DNA from: Theionarchaea archaeon
GTDB lineage: Archaea; Methanobacteriota_B; Thermococci; Methanofastidiosales; SZ-28-30
Direction of reading: 5' to 3'
NCBI GenBank assembly: GCA_018992685.1
Contig: JACVGT010000007.1
Location: forward strand, 42,378-106,377
DNA: 64,000 nucleotides
Shown: one piece after another, positions 18,588 through 28,561 of the stretch
Layout of the letters: each line of letters begins with the position of its first letter
Numbering within the stretch: position 1 is the first letter of the stretch
Made by a program: the position numbers and the translations under genes
The notes under the pieces: generated by a model
What the model saw: only the letters and a program-made list of their open reading frames with translations
What the model was told of the DNA's origin: nothing
Databases searched by the model: none

Positions 18588-18758
18588 ATGGTGAACAATA
18601 AGAAACGGATCACTGTCTATTTGGAAGAGGAACTATACAAAGAGCTTGTGCAGGTTATGGATAAGTTGAGAGAACAGGACAGCATACACTCAAAGTCGGA
18701 AAGCGCTTGCGCCAGACACTTGATTTCCCTGGGAATTCAAAGATATCTCACAAGCTGA
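18588..18758 (+). CDS. 56-aa ribbon-helix-helix (CopG/Arc-like) DNA-binding protein
   Basis: MVNNKKRITVYLEEELYKELVQVMDK..SESACARHLISLGIQRYL has the alternating beta-ribbon then two helices; GGTGG SD; absent from ORF track. Confidence 0.75.
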   Translation: MVNNKKRITVYLEEELYKELVQVMDKLREQDSIHSKSESACARHLISLGIQRYLTS

Positions 18759-18815
18759 AGAAAAGTTTATAAAGTAAACTAAGTGATGGGAATTCACCAC
18801 ATCGGAGGTGAAGTA

Positions 18816-19103
18816 ATGATTCTGTCAAGTGTGGAGAAGAAGAAGATGAAGGAGGCAATTGATGAACTGAAGGAAAGTATTATGAGAGAGGCAGAGGGGA
18901 GAAATGTCGAGATAAGCAAAGACTCCTTGTTAGATATTGAAGAAATCGAAGATAGGTTTGATATTGAAGCAAGAAGACCCCGGTTTTCCTTTGACTGGCA
19001 GAAAAGCAGAAAAGGCTGGGATATCCTAAAAGAGTTTATCCCGAAGGAGGACCTGGCAAAACGAAAGAGAGAGTTGGCGGATTATCTGGATAAGTCACAG
19101 TAG
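18816..19103 (+). CDS. Hypothetical charged protein
   Basis: SD GGAGGTGA before ATG 18816; TATA AAAAGTTTATAAA at about 18761. Confidence 0.7.
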   Translation: MILSSVEKKKMKEAIDELKESIMREAEGRNVEISKDSLLDIEEIEDRFDIEARRPRFSFDWQKSRKGWDILKEFIPKEDLAKRKRELADYLDKSQ

Positions 19104-19118
19104 TGGGGGGCAATATGA

Positions 19119-19702
19119 ATGGTTCTTTCTGAGAAAGTTGCTGAAACGCTGAAAGAAGTACTGGATTACCCTTTGCAGGTTTCTCAAAATGCATTCGTTT
19201 ATGCTGAGGCTGTGACAGGTGAATTGGTTTACGAAGGCATGGGAGAATTTCGAGATGCTATTACTCATATATCCAGAGCACTCTGGATAGCTGATGAAGA
19301 GGAGGCACTAAGAAATCTGGATGAGGCATTGAACACATCCGGAGAGCAGGTGTTGAAAGCATTGAGTGGGCAGCCGCAAGACAGTTCGAATATGTCAAGA
19401 GGATAATTCAGACACCTTCCTTCATTTTCAGATTGATATTCTTCAAGAGAAAGAGTGAGGTACTCGAGATTGAGCGCCAAATCAGGAGACTACTCTTAGA
19501 GGGAAGAGAAAAGAAATCTAGGAAAGACAAATGGGTTGAGGCAATTCTTGATTACAAGAAAGCCATTGAAAAAACTGACAAGCTCTATGAGATGTGTCCC
19601 TCGAAACTTGAATACCGGTATAGGATATTCATGGTGGTAACTGGCTTGGCAACACTGGCTGCCCTGGCCATAAATGTCTATCTCCTTTTCGGGACTGTCT
19701 AA
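19119..19702 (+). pseudogene. Helical protein with C-terminal TM anchor, split by a frameshift near 19327
   Basis: EALRNLDEA continues in the -1 frame as IEHIRRAGVESIEWAAARQFEY, which is in frame with ORF 19433-19702. Confidence 0.7.
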
Positions 19703-19886
19703 GGGACATTTCTAATCAGTGATCAGTGAGTGTAGGAAAATCAGAGACTTGGGATACGAAGAATTATCCCTGCTAGGAGGATAGGAAAATCCGAAATTCG
19801 CTTTCTGTTGAGTCAAGAATAAGAGAGGGTTTAGGCAGAATCATCTATTTCTTTGAGGTCAGTAGCGTTTTCAGCATGGTGACGCC

Positions 19887-20636
19887 TCATTTCAAGTTAA
19901 CATAATCTACGGTAACAGCAATGACCAGTATGGTAAGAACCAGAGAAGATCCCACCAGGAAAATCGCAAAGTGAATAGTCCCGGACACAAGATTTGAAAC
20001 CAGATACACAGCTGTCAACGATATCAACGTTACAAAGGCCAGAAGCAGTGATTCTCTCAAGTGGTTCAACACAATTCCAATGCTCAACCCGATGGCGGTG
20101 ACAGAATCCAGCCCATCCACCACAATGGCAGGAAGCATATACAGAAACAAGATCCCCAGCATGAACCCCAGCAGCACAACAAAGGCATAAAATAATGCAG
20201 ACACAAGCCCTGGTTCTGATATCATCTGAGTGACAGCCAGGATTCCTCCAACGATCAATATTCCGGAGATTACCCCTGCAATGAAGAAGGCCACGATGAT
20301 AGAGAATATGTGACTCTCTATCTCCCGGATTCCCTTTCCAATGGACGATTCGCCAGTAGCTATTCCCACCTTGGTCATGCCGCAGATGACTGCAGCCCCA
20401 CACACAACAATCAGGAAGATGACAGCACATAGGACGAGCAGCTGGCTGAATCGTTCTCCCAATAAGTCTGGAATCGTCTCCACGAGTTCTGAAATCGACG
20501 AAAAGCTTCCAAAGGCTGATGAAAAGATGTACAAGCTGAACCCTATCACAGATAGAGCAGGAACAATAAGAGATGGCTGATTCTTCAAACTGTCAAGTGA
20601 CAGGTAGAGTACATCCAGAAGTCCCAGCCGTCTCAT
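19887..20636 (-). CDS. Multi-pass membrane protein, unknown function
   Basis: About six hydrophobic helices; start ATG 20636. Confidence 0.75.
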   Translation of the reverse strand: MRRLGLLDVLYLSLDSLKNQPSLIVPALSVIGFSLYIFSSAFGSFSSISELVETIPDLLGERFSQLLVLCAVIFLIVVCGAAVICGMTKVGIATGESSIGKGIREIESHIFSIIVAFFIAGVISGILIVGGILAVTQMISEPGLVSALFYAFVVLLGFMLGILFLYMLPAIVVDGLDSVTAIGLSIGIVLNHLRESLLLAFVTLISLTAVYLVSNLVSGTIHFAIFLVGSSLVLTILVIAVTVDYVNLK

Positions 20637-20858
20637 AGACTGAAGGTATTCACTAAGAATAAATAGGTTTCCCCTGCTGTACACCCTCTCCTTTACCGTT
20701 TCGCATGCTCCCTCTCAGGCTGTTCTTGATAATCCTTCGTTGATCTTCATCACGTTCCTGTCAGGTGATTTCACGTCCTGCTTGGTGATAGTTTCTACCC
20801 CACTCTGGAAGACCAAACCTTTTTATGGAAAATTCCGACAGGAGTATCAGGTGATCAA

Positions 20859-21635
20859 ATGGATTTTAAGCAGATACTTGTGGAGAAAAAAGGTCCAATT
20901 GGTGTCATTACAGTGAATAGACCTGATAAACTGAATGCTCTTAACACAGAAGTTGTCTCAGAGATCAGATCGGGATTTGAAATTCTCGATACTGATTCTG
21001 AGGTGAGAGTTGTCGTAATTACTGGGAAAGGTGATAAAGCCTTTATTGCAGGGGCTGACATCTCTGAAATGCAGAACATCAGACCGTTGGAAGCTATGGC
21101 CTTTGCACAGCATGGCCAAGCTACTCTGAGGGCCATGGAGAAAAGCGATAAAGTCGTCATTGCGGCGATAAACGGGTATGCCCTTGGTGGAGGACTTGAG
21201 CTTGCCATGGCATGTGACTTTCGTATTGCTTCTGACACGGCAAAAGTGGGGCAGCCTGAAATCAAGATCGGAGTGATCCCTGGATGGGGAGGGACTCAGA
21301 GGCTGGCCCGCCTGGTGGGCAAGACCAAGGCTAAAGAATTGGTGCTGACAGGGAAGATGATGTCTGCAGAGGAAGCAGAACGCATTGGACTGCTTACCAT
21401 GGTGGTCCCACTTGACACATTGATGGAAACGGTCATGAAAGTAGCTCACTCTCTTGCTGAACTGGGAAAGTTCTCTCTTGGAGCGGCAAAGCACGCCATT
21501 GATGATGGGTGTGAAGTTGACTTTGAAAAGGCGCAGGAGATTGAACGGCAGTTCTTTGCTCTGTGTTTTGCACACCCTGATCAGAAGGAAGGAATGACTG
21601 CATTCTTAGAGAAGCGAACTCCTAGATTCTCCTGA
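20859..21635 (+). CDS. crt: Enoyl-CoA hydratase (crotonase)
   Basis: NRPDKLNALN, AFIAGADI, GGGLELAMACD, GQPE, IPGWGGTQRL. Confidence 0.92.
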   Translation: MDFKQILVEKKGPIGVITVNRPDKLNALNTEVVSEIRSGFEILDTDSEVRVVVITGKGDKAFIAGADISEMQNIRPLEAMAFAQHGQATLRAMEKSDKVVIAAINGYALGGGLELAMACDFRIASDTAKVGQPEIKIGVIPGWGGTQRLARLVGKTKAKELVLTGKMMSAEEAERIGLLTMVVPLDTLMETVMKVAHSLAELGKFSLGAAKHAIDDGCEVDFEKAQEIERQFFALCFAHPDQKEGMTAFLEKRTPRFS

Positions 21636-21710
21636 GACAGATACGGTTGCGAAGTCAAAATCAGAGATTACCGGTGAAAAGCTTTTTAAGGTGCACTCTA
21701 ATTGGGGATC

Positions 21711-22154
21711 ATGACTACTGTTTATGATGTTAATGCCTATGATCTGCTGGCCAGACTCACAGAGGAACTCAAAGATGTAGGGGATATTAAGCCTCCTGAC
21801 TGGTCGAAGTACGTGAAAACGGGGACTCACAAAGAGCGCCCCCCTGTACAGGAGGACTGGTGGTACATCAGGGCTGCATCGTTACTGCGCCGGCTGTACA
21901 TTGATGGTCCAGTGGGTGTGGAAAGACTGCGGAGGCATTATGGAGGAAAGAAAGACCGTGGACACAAGCCAGAGAAATTTGGAAAAGCGAGCGGTGCGAT
22001 TATCAGAAGGCTGCTCCAGCAGATGGAAAAAGCTGGATTTGTGGAGCCTGTACCCAAGGGAAGGAAGTTAACTCCAAAGGGTGTATCATATATGGATCGG
22101 TTGGCATACGAGGTGAAGCTGGCGGCCGGAGTGGGAGAACTGGAACAGTACTGA
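21711..22154 (+). CDS. rps19e: 30S ribosomal protein S19e
   Basis: VKTGTHKERPP, DWWYIRAASLLRRLY, GRKLTPKG. Confidence 0.97.
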   Translation: MTTVYDVNAYDLLARLTEELKDVGDIKPPDWSKYVKTGTHKERPPVQEDWWYIRAASLLRRLYIDGPVGVERLRRHYGGKKDRGHKPEKFGKASGAIIRRLLQQMEKAGFVEPVPKGRKLTPKGVSYMDRLAYEVKLAAGVGELEQY

Positions 22155-22162
22155 GGGATACT

Positions 22163-22477
22163 ATGGAAGATATAGAAGATGTCAGAAGAAAGAAATTAGA
22201 GGAATTAAAAAGACAGCAAGATGAAGAGCAAGAAATGATCCAGCAGGAAATACAGAAACAGGCAGTACTGAAACAGATTCTTGATGTAAATGCAAGAGAA
22301 CGGTTGACCCGCATCAAGATGGCCAACCCCCCGTATGGAGATCAAATAGAAGCTGTCTTATTTCAGCTGTTGCAGGCTGGTAGGATAAAGAATCGCTTGA
22401 CAGAAGAACAGTTCAAGCAACTGATCCATCAGGTTTTCGGCAGCAGAAAGAAAGACTTTCACATTGAGAGGCGATAG
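22163..22477 (+). CDS. PDCD5/TFAR19-like DNA-binding protein
   Basis: [16 protein letters not shown]; conserved position after rps19e. Confidence 0.9.
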   Translation: MEDIEDVRRKKLEELKRQQDEEQEMIQQEIQKQAVLKQILDVNARERLTRIKMANPPYGDQIEAVLFQLLQAGRIKNRLTEEQFKQLIHQVFGSRKKDFHIERR

Positions 22478-22478
22478 C

Positions 22479-22634
22479 ATGTCACGGTATAAGAGCTTGG
22501 CCAAGAAATTGAGGCTGGGAAAAGCACAAAAGCAGAACAGGAGAGTGCCTGTCTGGGTGTGGATGAAAACCCAGCTGCATGTCAGGACCCACCCCAGGAG
22601 ACGGCACTGGAGAAGAACAAACTTGCAGAAGTGA
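22479..22634 (+). CDS. rpl39e: 50S ribosomal protein L39e (51 aa)
   Basis: [40 protein letters not shown]; absent from ORF track. Confidence 0.96.
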   Translation: MSRYKSLAKKLRLGKAQKQNRRVPVWVWMKTQLHVRTHPRRRHWRRTNLQK

Positions 22635-22638
22635 GAAC

Positions 22639-22905
22639 ATGGAAGAAGGAGAAGAACGAGTATATGTGGTCCCTCTGAGGAGTGCCAAGCATGTCCCCCG
22701 CAACAGGAGGGTTCCCCGCGCAGTGCATGAATTGCGTTCCTTTCTCATGCGTCACACCAAAACAGAGAGTGTAGTTATTGGTCAGAAATTGAATGAGGAG
22801 TTGTGGTCCAGGGGAATCCAGAAGCCCCCACCAAGGGTGCGGGTACGAGCAACAAAGCATATAGAAGAAGACCACGAGTTTGTGGTGGCTGAACTGGCAG
22901 AGTAA
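22639..22905 (+). CDS. rpl31e: 50S ribosomal protein L31e
   Basis: YVVPLR..RRVPRA..LNEELWSRGIQKPPPRVRV; start ATG 22639. Confidence 0.95.
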   Translation: MEEGEERVYVVPLRSAKHVPRNRRVPRAVHELRSFLMRHTKTESVVIGQKLNEELWSRGIQKPPPRVRVRATKHIEEDHEFVVAELAE

Positions 22906-22906
22906 T

Positions 22907-23551
22907 ATGATCTCCAAACTGGACTTTGAAGGGATTTCCTTCATTGGTGTGTATGGATTGTGCACAGATACAATTACTCTCATACGACCCGACCTGGGAA
23001 AGAAGCTATCCACTGTGGAGCGAGTGCTGAATACGCCTGTCCTTGAGACTACTATTGGAAGATCATATCTGATAGGCGTTTTTGCCACTGGGAATTCCAC
23101 CTGTCTGGTGGTACCCTATTTCGCAGAACCCACTGAGGTAGAATCGGTGGAGGCGCACGTGACCTGTGCCGTATATCCTGAAAAGTTTACTGCACTGGGG
23201 AACCTGGTGCTGGCAAATGACAAGGCCTGCATTGTGAGCCCAGTTCTGGATGCGGAATTCTTCCAGGATGCCCTGGGAACTGAAGTAGTCAGAGCGCAGC
23301 TTGGCGAGTTTCTGACTGTGGGCAGTGTTGGCGTGGTAACCAACAAGGCGGGAGTTCTCCACCCCCAACTGTCTGATGAAGACATAGAATTTGTGGAGGA
23401 CGTGTTGCAGATTTCCTGTGAACGGGCCACTGCCAACAGAGGTGTTGGATATCTCAGGCTGTGCCTGCTGGCCAACACGAAGGGTATTCTAGCAGGAAGG
23501 GAAACTACAGGACCTGAACTGGTCCGAATAGAAGATATTCTGGAGGGTTAA
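22907..23551 (+). CDS. eif6: Translation initiation factor 6
   Basis: ALGNLVLAND, VGSVGVVTN, TANRG, TTGPEL; syntenic position. Confidence 0.95.
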   Translation: MISKLDFEGISFIGVYGLCTDTITLIRPDLGKKLSTVERVLNTPVLETTIGRSYLIGVFATGNSTCLVVPYFAEPTEVESVEAHVTCAVYPEKFTALGNLVLANDKACIVSPVLDAEFFQDALGTEVVRAQLGEFLTVGSVGVVTNKAGVLHPQLSDEDIEFVEDVLQISCERATANRGVGYLRLCLLANTKGILAGRETTGPELVRIEDILEG

Positions 23552-23552
23552 A

Positions 23553-23864
23553 ATGTCTGAAAAGTCTGAATCTAAGAGTACATCAAAATCGGAAAAACCT
23601 GAAAAATCAAAAGTATCAAAAAAGCCAAAAGACACGGGAAAGGCGAAGCAGAGGAAATCACCTGCAGGAAGAAAGGAGAAAAAAATGAAGACTTTCACTG
23701 TTACAGGCGAATTTGTCATGGGCGACTCACTGCAGAAATTCCAGAAAGACATAGTCGCCCGGGGTGAGAAACGGGCTCGAGAGAAAATATTTCAGGATTT
23801 GGGATCCAAACACAGAGTGAGGCGTTCTCAGGTGTTAATTGATGCAGTGGAGGAAGCGAAATGA
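23553..23864 (+). CDS. rpl18a: 50S ribosomal protein L18Ae/LX
   Basis: FQKDIVA..AREKIFQDLGSKHRVRRSQV; Lys/Ser-rich N-terminal extension, alternative start about 23685. Confidence 0.88.
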   Translation: MSEKSESKSTSKSEKPEKSKVSKKPKDTGKAKQRKSPAGRKEKKMKTFTVTGEFVMGDSLQKFQKDIVARGEKRAREKIFQDLGSKHRVRRSQVLIDAVEEAK

Positions 23865-24304
23865 CGGATGAAAAGAGGGGAGTAACCCTGCAAGAGATAA
23901 ACGAACAGGAATTGGCTCTTAATATCCAGGTTCTCCAAGAGCAGGGGAGAATACTGGCGTCTAATGTGGAGCGATTGTCAATGTACTTGCAGGAGCTTGC
24001 TGCCTCCAGAGCCACATTGGAAGGAATGCAAAGCCTGAAAAAAGGAGATGAGATTCTGGTGCCCATCGGAGCCTCCAGTTTCATCAGGGCGCGGATTGAT
24101 GACATAGAAAAGGTCATTGTGGGTGTTGGCTCCAACGTGTCCATGGACAAGACGCTGGGTGATGCAGCAGCCAGCATGCAGGAAAGAATGAATCTGGTGG
24201 AATCAAAGATCAAGGAGAGCCAGGACGCCTACATAAAAGTGGCTCAGAAACTGGACGTTTTCACGGCAGAGGCGCAGAGGCGCGTGCAGTCCATCTCACA
24301 GTAG
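23861..24304 (+). CDS. pfdA: Prefoldin alpha subunit
   Basis: Coiled coils flanking EILVPIGA and VIVGVGS beta hairpins; syntenic position. Confidence 0.92.
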   Translation: MTDEKRGVTLQEINEQELALNIQVLQEQGRILASNVERLSMYLQELAASRATLEGMQSLKKGDEILVPIGASSFIRARIDDIEKVIVGVGSNVSMDKTLGDAAASMQERMNLVESKIKESQDAYIKVAQKLDVFTAEAQRRVQSISQ

Positions 24305-24382
24305 TACTGGTGCTCTACATAAGCGTTCAGAGAACACCAACCTAATCCAAGAATCAGCTAAAGATTGTCTTGAAGTGAATCT

Positions 24383-25267
24383 ATGTTTGACATTTTGAAG
24401 AAAAAACTGGATACCTTTGTCCAGAAAACTATTTCCGATAAGGATCTGGACAGTATATTGTGGGAGTTGGAAGTCTCACTCCTTGAAAGTGACGTTTCCA
24501 TGAAAGCTTCTGAGAAGATGGTTGAGACCTTACGATCAGAACTCGTGGGATCAAAGGTAGGGCTAACAGAAAGGAAAAAGAATATTATCCAGGATGCTTT
24601 GAAAGATGCAGTCTTACAGGTTCTTGATGTAGATTCTGTTGATCTGGAAGCCCTAATCAGGGAAAAAAATCGCGAAGATGGTCCTCTGATTGTACTGTTT
24701 GTAGGGTTTAATGGCACAGGGAAAACGACCACTATTGCAAAGCTTGCCCACATCCTCAAGCAGAAGTTTACTGTGGTCATTGCGGCTTCAGACACCTTCA
24801 GGGCAGGATCACAAGAACAGCTGGAAAAACATGCAGAAAGAATCGGGGTCAGGGTGATCAAACATGGATATGGTGCAGATCCTGCAGCCGTGGCATTTGA
24901 TGCAATTAAACATGCCAGGGCAAAAGATGTGGATGTGGTGCTGATCGACACAGCAGGGAGAGCAGAAACAAACAAGAACCTCATGGAACAGATGAAGAAG
25001 ATCAAACGGGTGACAAACCCTGATCTGACCATTTTTGTGGGTGACGCCCTGGCTGGGAACGCCGCAGTAGAGCAGGCGGAGAAGTTCGGGGAAGTGGGCA
25101 TTGATGCATCCATACTCACAAAGATCGATGCAGACGCCCGGGGTGGGGCAGCTCTCTCCATCAGCTGTGTTACAGGAAGACCTATAATCTATGTGGGAAA
25201 TGGACAGGAATATACTGATTTGCAGCCTTTTAACTCAGAATGGCTGCTGGAAAAACTAGTTTCATAG
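24383..25267 (+). CDS. ftsY: SRP receptor FtsY
   Basis: GFNGTGKTT, DTFRAG, DTAGR, TKIDADARGG. Confidence 0.96.
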   Translation: MFDILKKKLDTFVQKTISDKDLDSILWELEVSLLESDVSMKASEKMVETLRSELVGSKVGLTERKKNIIQDALKDAVLQVLDVDSVDLEALIREKNREDGPLIVLFVGFNGTGKTTTIAKLAHILKQKFTVVIAASDTFRAGSQEQLEKHAERIGVRVIKHGYGADPAAVAFDAIKHARAKDVDVVLIDTAGRAETNKNLMEQMKKIKRVTNPDLTIFVGDALAGNAAVEQAEKFGEVGIDASILTKIDADARGGAALSISCVTGRPIIYVGNGQEYTDLQPFNSEWLLEKLVS

Positions 25268-25419
25268 GCAGGAAAACTCGGTACATTGAGGTGGGGTTCA
25301 TGATGCGAGAAAGATTTGGGAGGGAGGGATTGCAATCTCCTTGAATTTTGATCGAGTAAACAAAGCACAAAGTATAAATACGTGGGGTTTGAAAAAGCCA
25401 TATACCCGAGGTGTGCTTC

Positions 25420-26595
25420 ATGGATTTCCCTGATGGAGAAATTCTACAGCGGCTGGATGCAAGAGAACTGGATTTGGCAGAAATAATAAAGTCCCTTCAG
25501 GACAGGGAATTTACCGGAGTTCTAAAGTACTTTGGCGAGAAACTGGGCAACATTCTCTTCATTCGAGGGGAGATAGTTGCCATGACCTATGGGAATCTGG
25601 CTGGAGATCAGGTGGGAGATGTCCTCCTTGAGGAGACCACCAAAGGAGGAAGAGCAGAGATTCACCAGCTTCCTTCTCAGACTGCGCGATCTGCGCTCCG
25701 GTATTATATTGACGTTCTAGGATACCCCATTGCAATCTGGAAGCTAGAAGATGCCCGACGGGAAGTCATGAGGCGGGCGGGGATCAATGAGCCTGATGTG
25801 GCCACCCTAGAGCAGATGCTGGAATCAGAGGGAGTGGCACACCTGCTCAAGAGACCTGCGCCTGAGATCATTGCAGCCAAGAAAGAGGTTACCTGCGGAT
25901 GGGATGCTGTGGGGCTGATGGACCAGTACCCTGTTCCCTCTAATACTCACATGAACATTCTGGTCATGGGAGGGCCGAACCCGTACAAGCAGTTATGGTG
26001 CCAGCAATTCATCTACGGAGAGCTGGTAAAGGGGTTGGGAGCTGTCTATTTCAACTTCAATACCACCCCGGATGACATTCGGATGAACTTGGTGCGGCTG
26101 GGAATGGACATTGAAAAATTCGAAGAAGAAGGCAAGTTCTTTTTTGTGGACTGTTTCCCCTGGAGATTGAAGAAGTCTCCGGAGAAGTTTCATTCAGCCA
26201 TTGATAAGTCATCACTCCTGGATTTTGGACTCGCACTATCTGAGGCTTCAAAAGAGATAGATGCTCCTTCCAGTGTGGTGGTATTTGACTCTCTGAGCAA
26301 TTTGATGATTTACTTTGACCCAGATCAGGTCATCAAGTTCGCTGTCAATCAGGGCTCAAAACTGAAGGAGATGGAATGGACTGGACTGTACATTGTGGAA
26401 GAAGGGGTGAATGATACCAAGATTGAGAATTCACTGAGGTTCCTGCTAGACGGCGTATTTGTTATCGAGACTACAAGGAAGAAGTACCTGGGTGAGTTCA
26501 AGATTGAATGGATCCGGGGTATCGTGGACAAACCCACTGCTTACTACTTTGACGTTTCCAAGAAAGGACTGGGTCTTATTCCCAAGAAAGGGTGA
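25420..26595 (+). CDS. N-terminal PATAN/DUF2226-like domain fused to RecA-superfamily KaiC/RAD55-like domain
   Basis: FTGVL..GNILFIRGEIV N-domain; FFFVDCF, VVVFDSLSNL, LLDGVF C-domain; Walker A position reads GGPNPYKQ. Confidence 0.75.
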   Translation: MDFPDGEILQRLDARELDLAEIIKSLQDREFTGVLKYFGEKLGNILFIRGEIVAMTYGNLAGDQVGDVLLEETTKGGRAEIHQLPSQTARSALRYYIDVLGYPIAIWKLEDARREVMRRAGINEPDVATLEQMLESEGVAHLLKRPAPEIIAAKKEVTCGWDAVGLMDQYPVPSNTHMNILVMGGPNPYKQLWCQQFIYGELVKGLGAVYFNFNTTPDDIRMNLVRLGMDIEKFEEEGKFFFVDCFPWRLKKSPEKFHSAIDKSSLLDFGLALSEASKEIDAPSSVVVFDSLSNLMIYFDPDQVIKFAVNQGSKLKEMEWTGLYIVEEGVNDTKIENSLRFLLDGVFVIETTRKKYLGEFKIEWIRGIVDKPTAYYFDVSKKGLGLIPKKG

Positions 26596-26618
26596 GCCTT
26601 TTCTCTTGCTCAGTTCTG

Positions 26619-27041
26619 TCAAATATCCAGGACGCACTGGAAAAAGCGTAATCCATCTTTTTCTCCACTTTTGAGCCCAAAATAGGTAGCAGCTTTGACT
26701 TCTGTCTTGATCTCGTGTTTTTCCTGGCTGAGACGTTCTCCTCTGGCAGTTCCTGAAAGGTACACGCCTTCATTTCTCTTGATGCTTACGGTGAAGTCCG
26801 AGAAGACCATCTCGGTGATGTCTCTCTGAGCAAGCAATTCATTCAGCCATTCCACAAACAGTGATTCACAGTCATCTGCTGCAGCCTCCACCTTGATTTC
26901 TCTGCGGGGAGTCACTCCGTCCACGTTGACCATAACGGAGAACATGGCTCGAGCACCATTTTCAAAGGCTTCTTCTACGGTTTTTCCCCACGATCTGATT
27001 CCCACATCAGCGTCATGATCTAGAAGTTCGAACTTTTCCAT
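26619..27041 (-). CDS. Archease
   Basis: LDHDADVGI, EAFENG, EVKAATY, VLDI C-terminus. Confidence 0.93.
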   Translation of the reverse strand: MEKFELLDHDADVGIRSWGKTVEEAFENGARAMFSVMVNVDGVTPRREIKVEAAADDCESLFVEWLNELLAQRDITEMVFSDFTVSIKRNEGVYLSGTARGERLSQEKHEIKTEVKAATYFGLKSGEKDGLRFFQCVLDI

Positions 27042-27126
27042 GGTCCAGCCAGGGCGCCCCATAAGAAAAACCTTTGCAGTCTTGAAAACCGATTGTTATT
27101 TATAGTTCTCGTGATGTGCACTCATT

Positions 27127-28353
27127 ATGAGAAAGGCGTTCGCGGTATTCCTGGTACTACTTCTTGCATCAGGTATTGGGATAGCTCAGTACGTACGTAC
27201 TTTTGACCCGTCAATTACTGTAGCAACGTGGCCCTACAATAAATCCATGGCCTTCACGGTAACCTGTGATGATGTCTCTTCAGGATACTCTTTGGAGTAT
27301 TTGCAGGAAATCCGTTCCCTCCTGGATTCATACCATGTGAGAGCCACTTTCTTCGTCATACCATTCCACGGCGAATGGGACCTCATGACAGAATCCCCAG
27401 AACTCGTCCGGGAACTCCATGAACTTGCAGGGGCAGGACATGAAATCGGTCTTCACGGGTACGCTCACTACCAGAACGAGTTTGTGTGTCCACCTGAAAG
27501 CCAGCGAGAGCTGCTGAAGAAGGGGCTGGACATAATGAATCAGGCAGGAATTACAGTGAGAGGATTCAGAGCACCTTGTCTCCAATGCACCGAAGAGACC
27601 CTCTCTATACTGAAAGAATATCACTTTGCATACGATTCCAGCATGTTTGGCGAGAGTGGGAGGCCTCTGTTTGGTGGCCCTCTTCCCCAGCTGCTTTCAG
27701 GACATGAGTACACGTGGTATTTGTCCGAAGAGGAGTACCGTGAGAACGTGAGCCTTGCTCAGAAGGAAGCAGACAGCAAGTTCAAAGAGGAAACGGTGTT
27801 TTCAGTGGTGATGCACATGAAGGCAGTTAACGAAGGTGAGGGCATCAGCCTGATGAAGGAATTATTAGCTTTTGTCACTGAAAAGAATGTGTGGAACTGT
27901 ACTTTGCTGGAACTAGTGGAATGGGAGACAGCAGTGAAGGAGGTCAGGTGGGATTCCAGAAAGACGCTGACTGGAGGAGACATTACTTTCTACAACGTTC
28001 CAGAAGGGCTTTCATTGACTATTGTTCTTCCCTCTCATTATGCCTCCGACTTGTCCAGTGATGATGTCACCATGACCTGCCACACGGATGACAAAACGTG
28101 CAAAGTCACCGTATGCTTTGAAAAATCATATGGGGAAGTGACCCTGCCTTTTACTCTTAGCTATGGGTCCCTGCAGTCTCGCAATGATATGGAGATGGTG
28201 CGCGGTCGATCTCTGGATTCTTCACTCTCACCTCCTTGTCAGTGTCTCCCTGGGGGAATGCTTATCGCATGGGAGATGCTGTGCCTGCCCTATAGAAATG
28301 CAGAACGTGTGAAATCTCTGGAGGAGCTTCTGCTTCATCCTTCATTCTTGTAG
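27127..28353 (+). CDS. Secreted polysaccharide deacetylase (NodB-like)
   Basis: Signal peptide, TCDD, ATFFV, HEIGLHGYAH, GFRAP, YDSS. Confidence 0.85.
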   Translation: MRKAFAVFLVLLLASGIGIAQYVRTFDPSITVATWPYNKSMAFTVTCDDVSSGYSLEYLQEIRSLLDSYHVRATFFVIPFHGEWDLMTESPELVRELHELAGAGHEIGLHGYAHYQNEFVCPPESQRELLKKGLDIMNQAGITVRGFRAPCLQCTEETLSILKEYHFAYDSSMFGESGRPLFGGPLPQLLSGHEYTWYLSEEEYRENVSLAQKEADSKFKEETVFSVVMHMKAVNEGEGISLMKELLAFVTEKNVWNCTLLELVEWETAVKEVRWDSRKTLTGGDITFYNVPEGLSLTIVLPSHYASDLSSDDVTMTCHTDDKTCKVTVCFEKSYGEVTLPFTLSYGSLQSRNDMEMVRGRSLDSSLSPPCQCLPGGMLIAWEMLCLPYRNAERVKSLEELLLHPSFL

Positions 28354-28561
28354 GTTCTGTACGCATCAAATGGGTGTGAGATCACATCTCTTAACAAGAA
28401 TCACTTGATGAAATCACTCCATTCTCAAAATCGTGTTGATGAGGGAACATATGCATCACAGAATAGATGCGCGAACTGAACAGGTAGAACCAGAACCAGA
28501 AAAAATATATAAAGACAGAGTCATGAGGGAAATGCAGGAACAACAAGAAAGGAGGGTCAAA

